Below are positions 16,315-26,371 of a DNA stretch of 60,648 nucleotides, in pieces. Origin of the DNA: a virus (lineage: Duplodnaviria; Caudoviricetes); the IMG/VR virus record IMGVR_UViG_3300038424_000095, positions 1 through 60,648 of that record. The stretch is one strand, 5' to 3'. The notes under the pieces are model-generated. The model was not told the DNA's origin, did no database searches, and was given only the letters and a program-made list of their open reading frames with translations. Both the position numbers and the translations under genes were made by a program. The first letter of the stretch is position 1; every line of letters begins with the position of its first letter.

Positions 16315-19300
16315 CTACATCGTTCTCAATATCTTCCGGTATTTTTCAATCTCGTCCTTTGTGAGCTCATTTTTCTCTACGGCATTGGAGAACTTATTGT
16401 AAAAGATAGGCTTGATCGCCTTCTTCTCTTCAGGTGTAGCCTTGTCTATCCCCGTAGCGAGCTGCTCGAGGGTGATCCTCTTGGCCGCAGCTACGGCAGG
16501 GGGCTCTTTCGCCTTCTCGTGGATACTCTCCATGTCGGAAGGAGTGAGTTTATGTTTCCGGATGGCCTGGCGGATCTGCGCGTTGGCCGTTGGGTCATTC
16601 TCCTTGACGGCCTGAGTGAGCTTGGACTTGAGCTTGCTCTTATCGGTCGAGGGGAATGATGGGCCCTCGAGGTTCTGGGCATACTTTTCAAAATCCGACA
16701 TGTATTTGTAGTTCGAGATACCCACCGATCCAAGAAGACCGTTGACGATCTTCCCGAGGGTGGTCTCGCCAGTGTTGCTCTTGAGAAGCCCCTGCCCCGG
16801 GATTGGGACCCACGATGAGAGGATGTCTTTCACGAGTTCCATCGTTCCCATCCGCTTCCCGTAGAAGTCCCTTCCGGTGGCAACCTCGACGAGTGGCCGA
16901 CCCCAGAGGGGATTGATCCGGTGATACCAGAAGCCCCGGGGGTCCGTCACGAGGTGCATCATATCGCCAACCACTGACCTTGGGGTGTACTCACGGCCGC
17001 CAACCATGACTGAGAAGGGCCTATTCCAGTGGGTCTTGTGGTCATCCCCGATGAGCATGTTCGTTACCTGTGCCGCTGTCGCCATGATGATCGCCCCGCG
17101 GAGAAGAGCCATGAACTGCTCCTTTCCCTTCGGTCTTGCGGCCTGGGCGAAGAACTTCAGGCGCGCCTCGAGGAAGTCAGGTGCAAGAAGTCCTATCCGG
17201 AGAACATCCTGCAGCGTGGGGTTCCTGCCGAGGTACTTGTAGTTGAGCTCACCGAAAGCGGCGTTTGCCTGCTTGGCCGCATTGTCGAGGAGCTGGTCAC
17301 GGGTGAACTTTCCCGAGGCCATGTCCTTCGCGTAATACTTCAGGGCCCGGCCTACGGCATGTTCGAACATGAGGGCCTTGAGGCGTGGGATGTAATCCTG
17401 AAAGAGCCACTCCTGATAGTGCTTAAGGGCATCCCCGACCAGAGGAATCCTGTTCCATAGACCGCCGGAAGCCATCCCTTCGGCGAATTCCTGCATGGCC
17501 TTCCCGCTGTAAAGCATGAGCCCGTGGTCGACGCCCTCGCGCAACAGAGGACGGGTGTCGAAGTCTATCTCGGGTGCCACAAAGGGGTTGACCTTATGAA
17601 AAACCGCGTGCTCCCCAAGGTGAAACTGATGGAAGGGCCCTATGAGGATCGTTCCCTTGATGAAGGCCCCACCATGGAGGGCCGTCCTGCCTGGCTGCCA
17701 GCCTCCGACCACTGGCACCTTCGCAGGGATTTCGAAGGTCTGGATCTTCGACTTTCCAAGAAGGGCATTAAGCCGGCCGAAGGCGTCCCGGTGAATTCTC
17801 ATGTTGCCCTGCATGAGAACGGGGTGTCCGTTCACGTCGTTGCCAAGCCATTTCCACTTGCGGAGGGCTGGATGGTCAAGAGGCCGATAAATCTCTCTGC
17901 CCTGATCGTCGTACCAGTCCTTGCCTTTTACATTCGGCTTGACTGCAAAGGCTGAATTGTCCCGTTCAACTATGTGGTCGCCAATGGAGGGGACCTTCTC
18001 GCCGAACATGGGCGTTGTCTTGTTTCCCTCTATGAATTTCTCGGCCTCGTCCTTCGAATCGAAGACCCTGAAGGCTCGGTCCTTGTCCCCGCGCATGACG
18101 GCGTAGGAGGTCTTCTGGATGGGTTCTCCCATGCCCCCGACCACTACCGTAGGTCTGCCGTCGGCCTCAGTGGATGCCATCAATTCCTTGAGGGCCTGGC
18201 GGGCCAGCATTGCTTCACGGATCGATCGCTCATGGGCGACCACTTGATAGCCTATCCTCTTGTCCGTGGGGTCATAGCCAAGCTTCTCGCCTTCGTGGTA
18301 ATTCGCCCATATCCGGTGAAGGGCTTCCCGGGGATTCGTCTTAAAGACCCCCGCATTAATCTGAGAGATAATCTTCTTCCCGGCCTTCTCCGGCTTGTCC
18401 TTCCACTGGTGTCGGACGTAGTTCTCGACATAGTCGATCTCGAGACCGGAATCGTTCGCGGCCTGCCAGGTATCCTGCATATCTTGGGAGCACTTTTCTG
18501 CCCAGGCGTGTTCTTCCGGGGTGAGCTTCATTGCATCAAGGTAGCCTTGTTTGTAAGGCGCCTTGGAATCATCGGCCCAGGCCTGAAGGGTGGCGTTGTC
18601 CCCGCCAGCTTCGATGTAGTTGCTGATGGCCACCTGCCTCTTCTCGGGGATCTCCGCATTGATCTGCTTGGCCAGCTTTGTGAGTTGCCATTCAAGGCGC
18701 TGGAGAGCTCCGGTGTATCGCCCGATGATGCGCTTACTTTCCGTGCTAACCGGAGGTTTCTTGTAGGCTTCCTTGAGGTCGTTGAGTGCCGTCTTGACCG
18801 GTTCGATGACAGGGGAGAAGAAGGTTTTTGGTCTCTCCGGTCCCTTCTCCGCCTCACGCTCTTTCCCGATATTGTCGAGGAAGTCCTGGAGGAGAGGAGG
18901 AAGGTCCTTGTCTTTGAGGACCACCTCGCCGCGCTCATTGGCGAGAGGGGATTCTGCATAGGCTTTCTTGGCTGCCTCGAATACCTTCTTCATTGAGAAC
19001 ATGAACCGTTTGTAGAGGTCCCCGAGGACTTCCTTCATCCGGTCCAGGAAGTCTTTCCAGGTCCTGGCCCCTTCCTGGTAGACGTGGGTGGCAATCTTTT
19101 CGAGGTGCGGATAGGCGGCCTTTGCGTCGTTACCTGCCTCCTTGATCGCATCAAGGCTCTCCTGGATGCTGAAACGGGGCTGCCCCTTATAGAGGACATC
19201 CTGCTTCATGGAGGGGGTGATATCGAGGGAGTGGACGGCAGTGAGTTTTTTCTCAGGTACGCCTTCCGCGACTTCAAGACCCAATATCTCGGCGAGGTCT

Positions 19301-22300
19301 TGGCTTCCATCTTCGTTCATCGCTTCGATGAGAGACTTGCCCCGGTCCATGACATGAAGAACCGATTCCGACGCGCGAGTAATTGCCACGCGTTCTATGG
19401 AGTACATGAGCTTTTCGCCAGTAATCGGACTAACCTTCGTGTTCCCGTATCCCCTGGAGAGCTTGTAGACTTTCTCCAAATCCTCTCGGGTCACTTCGGG
19501 GCGTCCAGTCATATCGGAGGTATCGTGATAGGTGACGGGTGCCCACCCTTCTGACGTGTCGACCTTCGTCTCCCCGACCTTCGCTCCCCACTGTTTGGCA
19601 TACTTGTTCATGAAGGCAGGGAGCATGGTATCGTAGAAGCCCTTCATGCCCTCGCCGCCGACTTTTAGGTCGAGACCGGAAAGGGATTTCAGCTTCATCC
19701 CGTCTTCGTCCATAACGGACTTGCCTTCACTGGCGGCTATCTTGTCGGCTATTTCCTTGCCGAAGAGGTCGGAGACTCTCTTGATGTCGACATTGTCCTC
19801 GTGGAGAACCACGTCGCCGTCTTTTATTGCTCTTACCCAATACTGATCATCCCCGTAGTCGTCGTACTGAATTCTGTCGATTTGCTTGGAGAGATCATAC
19901 CGTTCTGCCTGCTGCTCGCCTGTTGTGAAGGCTATCCGATCATACCCATTCTCCGAGGCCCAGCGTAGCATCCGCTTCATGACGAGTTCCGGCCAGGTCT
20001 TTGAGAAGGGGGCGGGGGGGACAGTCTGTGCGGCATAAAGATTATTTCCCGTCTGCTCTACATTCTCCCGTTTTGGCCCAGAGGCATAGAGATGGCCTTC
20101 TTCATCTAGGGCCATGAACATTTTGGTTCCTATCGGGCGTCCGCTTATCTCTGCAGCCTCTTCGCTATCAATGGTGTACTCTTCTATTCTGAGTGGCTTT
20201 GTGTAGCCCTTCTTCTTGCCCTCCTGGTGCCAGTCGCTCTGCACTTCTTCGATGAAGAGGACTTTCTTACCGTCAGCGTCTACCCGATCATTGAAACGGA
20301 CGTGGGCCAGGACGTTGGGTTCGTCCCAATGAGGTGAGGCGTACTTGCCTTCATAAATGTTACTTTTCTGAAGCCTTCCCTGTTCTGCCCATAGTCTCTG
20401 TTCCTCTGCGCCTACTTCTGATGCGGGTAGATTTCGAATCTCTTCTAGTCTTGCCCTTATTTCAGTGAGACGGCCCTCCTTGCTCTTTACGCCGGTGTCT
20501 TCTTTGCTTGGCAGCGTAAACAGCATCTCCCGGTAGTTCTCGCCCATGGGAAGGGTGTAGGCGGAAAACTTGGTGGGCGACTGCTTTGTTTCGTTCCTAT
20601 CCTCGTAAGCCGCCCTCAATTCTTTTGCCAAAGGCTCTAACGTACTGCTGAGTTCGTTTGGTGTCCTATCTCCTCTTGCGATGTCTAGGGCGGTATCGCG
20701 CGCTCCGCTATCTGTAAAATGCTCATTCTGGGCTTGCCTAATGAAAGCCTGTTCTGCTTTTTGGAGTCGTTCCTGTCCTTCTCCCCCCTTCACCACTTCC
20801 TTCATCTGCACCTGGTTCTCTTTGAGGAAGTCCGCGATCTCGCCCTTCGTGACCTTGCCCGTCCTGCCATCAAGCCAAGGAACCAGTCCCGACCACTTCA
20901 GTTCGTCCGCCTTGTACTCGCCCTTGTTCGCCCACGATTCAATGAGGGTTCGATAGCTCTCGGGCGTGCCCGTGCCGGGGAGCTTGGCGTCGAGGACTCG
21001 GGACATTTTGGAGTAGAAGGTGGGAGCGATGTCCTTCGCACCTGCGTTAAACACAGGCGGTCCTTTTGATCCCGTCCTGCCACCTGTCTTCTTGTATTCA
21101 ATGAGAGCCTTGTCTACCGCGCTCTTTACGGCTTTTGGATCGGTGGTCATGCTTTCAAGTTCACGACCGGCAGCGAACTGAGCTATCAAATCGCCCATGA
21201 CTCTTGTTCTCTGCGATTCCAACATACCAGTGCCTTCGTAGTCCGCCTGGAGTTTTTTCTTATAGATGTCGAGGTTTCTAAGATAGGGCTTTACTTCTTC
21301 CAAAAGTGGTTCATAAATGTCCGGCCTGCTATGTTGTAGAGTATGCATGATCTCATGCTGTGCCGTTGCCGCGACATCACGGGCGTTAGTGTTGAGATAG
21401 AGGACTGTCGGTTCTTGAGGAAGAGTGAATCCGCCTATCTTTATGGCCGATTCCGAGCCATCGAAAAAGTATGCATCAATGCCGTACGATTTCGCATCGG
21501 TAGCTATTTTTCGGTGTTCTGCGGTGAGTTCGACGGGGATTTTGACGTGATCCTGGACGAATCCCTCAAGATGCGTCCCCAAAATCTCCTGGACTTTTTT
21601 GATTGCAGAGCTGTATCGTTCGGATAGTAACGTATTCCGCTCTGTGACGTCAGGCAGATTATTCTCGGTTCTTCCTTCATTACCCTCCTCCTCTATACTG
21701 AATGTTGGCGGTTCCTTGCGTCTCGGCTTCAGCCTCTCCCCTATCTGTTCGGCGGTCTGCTTCTCCTCTCCGAGAGCAAGGCGGCCACCTCTGACTTCTG
21801 GTTCGCTAAAGGTAAGTTGGTGGATAGGCTGGTTGCCGGCGAGAACTTGCTTGACTTCTTCTTCTGATTTTGATACTCTTTCTTTGTTATGCCTAATCTC
21901 CTTTGTAGTACTTGTGGAACCGTAATTAACCGCGCCCCGTGCTTGATCAGAGGAAGCAAGACTGGATTCTTCTTCTGTTCCCGGTTGTGCAAAACTACTT
22001 TTTTCAACCACAAGATCAGGATGGATTGCCTCACTTGCGGCAAGGGGTTCTACGTTTCTCCCTCTACCCTCGATAATGGAAGAGGGAGGTTCTGTAGTAA
22101 AACCTGCTATGCGATTAATCAAGCTACTGGCCGTATTAATTCCAAGGGATACCGTTTTATCAGGGTTGACGGTAAGAGCGTTGCCGAGCACAGAATCGTC
22201 ATGGAACGTCATCTTGGTAGGCGACTTCACAGAAGTGAGGTGATCCACCACATTGACGGGAACAGACTCAATAACGAAATCTCTAACCTTCGGATCATGA

Positions 22301-24771
22301 AGTGCATTGATCACAGCGCCCATCATAATTCGTTGGCTTGGGACATCGAGACCGCCAAAGCCCTTTTGAAGGAAGGTGCTACTTTGCGAGAGGTCTCTGA
22401 TGTTCTGCACGTCTGCGGGACCAGTATTGGAGCTGCCTTGAGACGTAGAGGCGTTACCCTCCGTCTCTTGAGAGGATACAAGCGCACTAGCGGGTAGCTT
22501 CGCCTCTGAGGGGCCGCCAGTCGTTTTTTGGGGTGTGGTGGGGATGGTAGGCTTAGGGGCACCCGCCGGCTCCTCTTCCGCTGGCTTCTGGCTGGCCTCC
22601 TTTATGCCTGCTTCGATTGGAGCCGTGGGTTCCCCTAAAGGCTGCATGGCAGGAGTCAACGGGGCCATCCCGAGGGGTGCCATCGGAGCCTCCACCGGCA
22701 CCGTCAACGGCAGTTCCGCTATCCGGTCGATGATCTCCTTGTTGGCGACATCGGGCGGGAGCCCCTTGCTTCCCACGTCCGCGATGATAGCCTCTGGTGA
22801 GCTGTTCCTAATAGCCTCGTGGGCCTGGATGAACTGGTCGAGGGCGGTAACGGATGGAGCATGAGCCTGGGGACTCGCGGCGTACTGGTCGCGTACTGCC
22901 CGGATATGATCTAGGGTAGTCTCCCCTCTTTCAAGCCCCCTGGTGGCTTGGTCAAAGAATGAAGGGGGAAGAGGGGTGCCGCCCACCGCTGAAGGACCGG
23001 CAGCCGGAGAAGGAGGAGTCGCGGGAGGCGGGCCCTCTTCCGAAGTTGGTCTGGTTTCTGGCATTCCTGGTGTCTGTCTCGGATATGTCGAAACGCCTTC
23101 AACCGCCCCCTTAAGTTCGAAGGGAACAACCTTAGGCTGTCCTGCCGCTGCAACCTGAGTGTCGCTGTAAGGTGGAACGTGAATGGCACTCTTTATCTTT
23201 CTCCACCAGGGACGGTCGGCCACCGTAACGGCCTTTTCAACGGGCATCTCTATCCATGTACCGCCGATGAGGTCTTGGCGCATCTGTGGGCCTGAGCGTC
23301 CAAGTGCCCCGTAGAGTTCTTTTTCTTCGGCGGTAGCCTCTTGTCCGGCCCCGAGGATGTCGTGAATCTTGGCGGGGTCAAGAAATACTCTCCGAGGCAT
23401 GTTGTACTGCTCGAAGGTCTTTGTCGTTGCGGCTTCAAAGGCTTTCTGCGATCCTCCATGCACCTTGCCAGCCGCCCATATCTGACCCATGAAGTCAACG
23501 GCATCAAGGACCGAAGCCTGCCATCCCTCGGCATCATTGATGTCAGCAAGACCACGGCCTCCTCCAAAAGTGTAGGGCTTGCCGCTGATCTTAGATGCGG
23601 CGAAGTTCTCAGCTTCTGCGGCGCCCATGAAGGTCCCAAAACCAGCCGCACCCTTCAGGACATCCTTTGCCATCTGAATCTTCGAGGGAGCACCACCGAG
23701 AATCTCTTTCGCTATGCCGGATCTTGCCAAGTCAAATGCTGTGTTCACTGCACCGGCCGCTTCCTCCGCCGACATACCTGCCTGGACTATGCCGGCCCCT
23801 TCCCGGGCCGCTCCTGCCAAAGCTGAAATACCAGTTCCTGCGCCATATATAGCCGCTGTCGGTGCCATGAGAGGCAGCCAGAACGCCATCATGTACGGGT
23901 TGTTTATGATCTCTTTCCCCGTGGGCGTACCGCGGAGTCCGAGTTGCTTGGTGATCGCGTCGAAGTTGTCATAGATAGCATCAGAGGGGACCTGGACATG
24001 GTTAGCCTGGAGAATCTTCGAGACTTCTGCCGCCCTGTCAGCAACCGGCCAGGAAGGTTCTGCCCCTTTAGATACATAGAGATTGAAAGAGTTCACATCA
24101 TCGTGGTATTGCTTGGCCTTCTGATTAAAGGTCTCTACCTTTGTGTTGAAGGCATCTACCGATGTCTGAGAAGTCCTGTCTACCTTCTCCTGAGATGCTT
24201 TGAGGTCATCGTAAAGAGCCTGGACCTGCTTGCCCTGAATCTCAAGGGTATTACTTTTGGCGGAGAGGTCTTTCCCCCTTGCGAGAAACTCTCCTTCTCT
24301 GGGTGTCGCCTCAGGTGCTTCTGGCGCCCTCATGGTAAAAGGCACTCTCGCCATGTCCACATGCTCTGCGGGGTGCGCGAGTTCCTCCACTATTCGGTGA
24401 TCTGGAGGAGGAGCATTCGCCTCTTCTTCGAAGCGGTGTGCGATGTTGAGGGCAGCCTGAGCTTTCACAGGATCAGGATGGTGAACGACAGTCCCTATAC
24501 TTGGCTTTCCTAACCAGTCCGTTGTGATGAAAGGCTTCATAGTGCTGATTACATCAGGTTCAGGTTGACCGAGGCGGGCCGGGCGGACAGCAGCAAGTTC
24601 CTCTTCGGTAGCGGCAGGAGGAAGGGCTATTTTGACCGGAGCCTTGACGACAGGCGGTTTCTCTGCCGCCGCGAACTCCTCGTCGCTTATGACCCTGAAG
24701 CCCTTACTGACAGGTTGCTCTTGCTTCTGCGCCTGTTCAATCTCGTCATCGCTGATTACAACGTAGGGCAT
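16315..24771 (-). CDS. Giant 2818-aa polyvalent internal virion/ejection protein
   Basis: Last gene of the ejection module; HEIMH zincin motif; conserved phage domain AHVRFNDR...LFIEEVQSDWHQ...GYDRIAFT...GFYD; helical C-terminal region. Confidence 0.85.
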   Translation of the reverse strand: MPYVVISDDEIEQAQKQEQPVSKGFRVISDEEFAAAEKPPVVKAPVKIALPPAATEEELAAVRPARLGQPEPDVISTMKPFITTDWLGKPSIGTVVHHPDPVKAQAALNIAHRFEEEANAPPPDHRIVEELAHPAEHVDMARVPFTMRAPEAPEATPREGEFLARGKDLSAKSNTLEIQGKQVQALYDDLKASQEKVDRTSQTSVDAFNTKVETFNQKAKQYHDDVNSFNLYVSKGAEPSWPVADRAAEVSKILQANHVQVPSDAIYDNFDAITKQLGLRGTPTGKEIINNPYMMAFWLPLMAPTAAIYGAGTGISALAGAAREGAGIVQAGMSAEEAAGAVNTAFDLARSGIAKEILGGAPSKIQMAKDVLKGAAGFGTFMGAAEAENFAASKISGKPYTFGGGRGLADINDAEGWQASVLDAVDFMGQIWAAGKVHGGSQKAFEAATTKTFEQYNMPRRVFLDPAKIHDILGAGQEATAEEKELYGALGRSGPQMRQDLIGGTWIEMPVEKAVTVADRPWWRKIKSAIHVPPYSDTQVAAAGQPKVVPFELKGAVEGVSTYPRQTPGMPETRPTSEEGPPPATPPSPAAGPSAVGGTPLPPSFFDQATRGLERGETTLDHIRAVRDQYAASPQAHAPSVTALDQFIQAHEAIRNSSPEAIIADVGSKGLPPDVANKEIIDRIAELPLTVPVEAPMAPLGMAPLTPAMQPLGEPTAPIEAGIKEASQKPAEEEPAGAPKPTIPTTPQKTTGGPSEAKLPASALVSSQETEGNASTSQGSSNTGPADVQNIRDLSQSSTFLQKGFGGLDVPSQRIMMGAVINALHDPKVRDFVIESVPVNVVDHLTSVKSPTKMTFHDDSVLGNALTVNPDKTVSLGINTASSLINRIAGFTTEPPSSIIEGRGRNVEPLAASEAIHPDLVVEKSSFAQPGTEEESSLASSDQARGAVNYGSTSTTKEIRHNKERVSKSEEEVKQVLAGNQPIHQLTFSEPEVRGGRLALGEEKQTAEQIGERLKPRRKEPPTFSIEEEGNEGRTENNLPDVTERNTLLSERYSSAIKKVQEILGTHLEGFVQDHVKIPVELTAEHRKIATDAKSYGIDAYFFDGSESAIKIGGFTLPQEPTVLYLNTNARDVAATAQHEIMHTLQHSRPDIYEPLLEEVKPYLRNLDIYKKKLQADYEGTGMLESQRTRVMGDLIAQFAAGRELESMTTDPKAVKSAVDKALIEYKKTGGRTGSKGPPVFNAGAKDIAPTFYSKMSRVLDAKLPGTGTPESYRTLIESWANKGEYKADELKWSGLVPWLDGRTGKVTKGEIADFLKENQVQMKEVVKGGEGQERLQKAEQAFIRQAQNEHFTDSGARDTALDIARGDRTPNELSSTLEPLAKELRAAYEDRNETKQSPTKFSAYTLPMGENYREMLFTLPSKEDTGVKSKEGRLTEIRARLEEIRNLPASEVGAEEQRLWAEQGRLQKSNIYEGKYASPHWDEPNVLAHVRFNDRVDADGKKVLFIEEVQSDWHQEGKKKGYTKPLRIEEYTIDSEEAAEISGRPIGTKMFMALDEEGHLYASGPKRENVEQTGNNLYAAQTVPPAPFSKTWPELVMKRMLRWASENGYDRIAFTTGEQQAERYDLSKQIDRIQYDDYGDDQYWVRAIKDGDVVLHEDNVDIKRVSDLFGKEIADKIAASEGKSVMDEDGMKLKSLSGLDLKVGGEGMKGFYDTMLPAFMNKYAKQWGAKVGETKVDTSEGWAPVTYHDTSDMTGRPEVTREDLEKVYKLSRGYGNTKVSPITGEKLMYSIERVAITRASESVLHVMDRGKSLIEAMNEDGSQDLAEILGLEVAEGVPEKKLTAVHSLDITPSMKQDVLYKGQPRFSIQESLDAIKEAGNDAKAAYPHLEKIATHVYQEGARTWKDFLDRMKEVLGDLYKRFMFSMKKVFEAAKKAYAESPLANERGEVVLKDKDLPPLLQDFLDNIGKEREAEKGPERPKTFFSPVIEPVKTALNDLKEAYKKPPVSTESKRIIGRYTGALQRLEWQLTKLAKQINAEIPEKRQVAISNYIEAGGDNATLQAWADDSKAPYKQGYLDAMKLTPEEHAWAEKCSQDMQDTWQAANDSGLEIDYVENYVRHQWKDKPEKAGKKIISQINAGVFKTNPREALHRIWANYHEGEKLGYDPTDKRIGYQVVAHERSIREAMLARQALKELMASTEADGRPTVVVGGMGEPIQKTSYAVMRGDKDRAFRVFDSKDEAEKFIEGNKTTPMFGEKVPSIGDHIVERDNSAFAVKPNVKGKDWYDDQGREIYRPLDHPALRKWKWLGNDVNGHPVLMQGNMRIHRDAFGRLNALLGKSKIQTFEIPAKVPVVGGWQPGRTALHGGAFIKGTILIGPFHQFHLGEHAVFHKVNPFVAPEIDFDTRPLLREGVDHGLMLYSGKAMQEFAEGMASGGLWNRIPLVGDALKHYQEWLFQDYIPRLKALMFEHAVGRALKYYAKDMASGKFTRDQLLDNAAKQANAAFGELNYKYLGRNPTLQDVLRIGLLAPDFLEARLKFFAQAARPKGKEQFMALLRGAIIMATAAQVTNMLIGDDHKTHWNRPFSVMVGGREYTPRSVVGDMMHLVTDPRGFWYHRINPLWGRPLVEVATGRDFYGKRMGTMELVKDILSSWVPIPGQGLLKSNTGETTLGKIVNGLLGSVGISNYKYMSDFEKYAQNLEGPSFPSTDKSKLKSKLTQAVKENDPTANAQIRQAIRKHKLTPSDMESIHEKAKEPPAVAAAKRITLEQLATGIDKATPEEKKAIKPIFYNKFSNAVEKNELTKDEIEKYRKILRTM
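21889..22497 (+). CDS. HNH endonuclease with two Cys4 Zn modules and C-terminal HTH, nested antisense within the giant gene
   Basis: CSTCG...FCSRLC, CLTCGK...FCSKTC, KGYRFI...AEHRIVMERHLGRRL..SEVIHHIDGNRLNNEISNL, TLREVSDVLHVCGTSI. Confidence 0.85.
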   Translation: MPNLLCSTCGTVINRAPCLIRGSKTGFFFCSRLCKTTFFNHKIRMDCLTCGKGFYVSPSTLDNGRGRFCSKTCYAINQATGRINSKGYRFIRVDGKSVAEHRIVMERHLGRRLHRSEVIHHIDGNRLNNEISNLRIMKCIDHSAHHNSLAWDIETAKALLKEGATLREVSDVLHVCGTSIGAALRRRGVTLRLLRGYKRTSG

Positions 24772-25637
24772 TATGGCTCCCTAAAGGACCATGAAACGCA
24801 ATTGCAAAGGCCGCCCATCATAGAAAGATACCGACAGTCGATCATCACCACAGCATGATTTGGGAAGAGGTTGTCGACTATCTGTCTCGCTCTTGCATCC
24901 TTCGGCAATCCAAAAGCCGGAAGAAGAATCACGTTTTCAGTTTGTAGCCAGTTGCAGAAATACCCCCATCCAGGAGAGTACGCATCCGCGTCTGGCCAAA
25001 TCTGTCTAAAGGCCGCCTCTGGCATGTCCCAGTCCCATGAGTCAAAAGCGTACGTGAAACGAAACGTGTTGAAATTGGCCTTCTCAAGGGTCTTTTCGAG
25101 GTCTCGCTGATATTTCCTGAAGCGATCATCCTTGTCGAAAACGCAAGAGTAGTCATTCACGATGAGCGTATTGTGGTTCACAAATCGGCAAATGCCGTCG
25201 CTGTGCCCGAGTTCATCGCCGGGTTCCACAGGAATGAGGATCACTGGACATCCGAGGGCTTGTTCAAGAGCTTCTTGGGATCCAGCGCCGTTGTCATGGA
25301 TGAACTTCTCGGTAACGATTGCCTTGCCATATCCCATGACGCAGTTGCCGCCATCGAGAATCAATGGAGACTCCAGAAGGTTGGGCACCCACCGCCAGCA
25401 TTCCTCGGCAACCTTGAGTTGAGGCCATCTATCCCAGTCGTTTGGTGTCTTGGCATACTGAAACTTCACGAAATGATCCCCTACCTGAACCGGCATGTAG
25501 TCTCTTGACCAAACATTTCGAGTTCCGTTGAACGTGCGCACCTTCACGCCATAGGCTTCAAGGTTAAGTTTGGCAGCCCAGAACACGTCCTTATGGTTGT
25601 GAGCGAACCATTCGTTGAAGTAAACGACGTCTTTCAT
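24771..25637 (-). CDS. Agmatine deiminase / peptidyl-arginine deiminase family protein
   Basis: WSRDYMP, LDGGN, GHSDGICRF, YFCNWL, GGLCNCVS (Asp/His/Cys residues present). Confidence 0.88.
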   Translation of the reverse strand: MKDVVYFNEWFAHNHKDVFWAAKLNLEAYGVKVRTFNGTRNVWSRDYMPVQVGDHFVKFQYAKTPNDWDRWPQLKVAEECWRWVPNLLESPLILDGGNCVMGYGKAIVTEKFIHDNGAGSQEALEQALGCPVILIPVEPGDELGHSDGICRFVNHNTLIVNDYSCVFDKDDRFRKYQRDLEKTLEKANFNTFRFTYAFDSWDWDMPEAAFRQIWPDADAYSPGWGYFCNWLQTENVILLPAFGLPKDARARQIVDNLFPNHAVVMIDCRYLSMMGGLCNCVSWSFREP

Positions 25638-26371
25638 GCTTGACTCATCCTCTCAACTTTCACGATAGGGTCAATCCCACCTTCGACATGGTACACCTTC
25701 CCGTCATTGGGAATGAGTGATTGGAACTTGATCCTATTCTTTGCAACAAGGGGAATGATCAGATCTGCTTGGCTCCCTTGCCTGACAAGGCTGATTTTCT
25801 CCCCTTGGGTATAGAAGTTTCCCGAGGGACCAAACATGCAGACAACATCAATTTCGAAGTCCCCGGTCAGAAGCAGGTGCATATGTTGATTGATTCTCGG
25901 ACAAACGATCTTGCATTTCATTCGCTCGTTATAAAGGGCGTACTGCATCGCATTGATGTTCACCTTGATTCGGTCAAGGATAGCTTTCTCTATCGGGCGC
26001 ATGGAGAGATTCGTTACCTTCAGGGAAGGCATTTTTTCATAGAAGAGGAAACCGCTCACGGGCGCGTGCTGAACATGAATGTCGATACATGTCATGAATA
26101 TCCCGATGACGAGACAGTCTTCTTTAACTTCTTCCCGCAGAAGGGTGTTCACGCTGTACGTCCCGCCCTTCACATTGATGATCTCCTCGTTCGGCCCGAC
26201 TACCTTGTTGTAGATAACAAAGCCATCGGCCGGCGCGTATACCACATTCATGTCATAGTAGATCGGGCGTATCGGATCCCTGGACAATTCCCGTTCAAGG
26301 ATCTGCCGCGGCGGCATCTCCGTGAGTTTCTTTGTTTCCGGCATCTGAAGAAAGGCGTTAAGCTCTTTCAT
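25634..26371 (-). CDS. Phosphatidylserine-decarboxylase-family (pyruvoyl) decarboxylase, apparently soluble
   Basis: APADG, IGIFMT..DIHVQHAPVSG, NERM, RQGSQADL (Gly-Ser autocleavage site); ATGA-coupled start at 26371. Confidence 0.85.
   Translation of the reverse strand: MKELNAFLQMPETKKLTEMPPRQILERELSRDPIRPIYYDMNVVYAPADGFVIYNKVVGPNEEIINVKGGTYSVNTLLREEVKEDCLVIGIFMTCIDIHVQHAPVSGFLFYEKMPSLKVTNLSMRPIEKAILDRIKVNINAMQYALYNERMKCKIVCPRINQHMHLLLTGDFEIDVVCMFGPSGNFYTQGEKISLVRQGSQADLIIPLVAKNRIKFQSLIPNDGKVYHVEGGIDPIVKVERMSQA

Noticed and set aside
17974-18996. 340-aa + strand ORF within the giant gene
   Set aside because: No recognisable motifs; typical antisense shadow of a GC3-biased gene, unlike the motif-rich 21889-22497 ORF
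21860-22520. Intein or group I intron explanation for the nested HNH
   Set aside because: No intein splice-junction motifs (the HN in RHNK is followed by Lys) and no recognisable group I core; not formally excluded without RT-PCR
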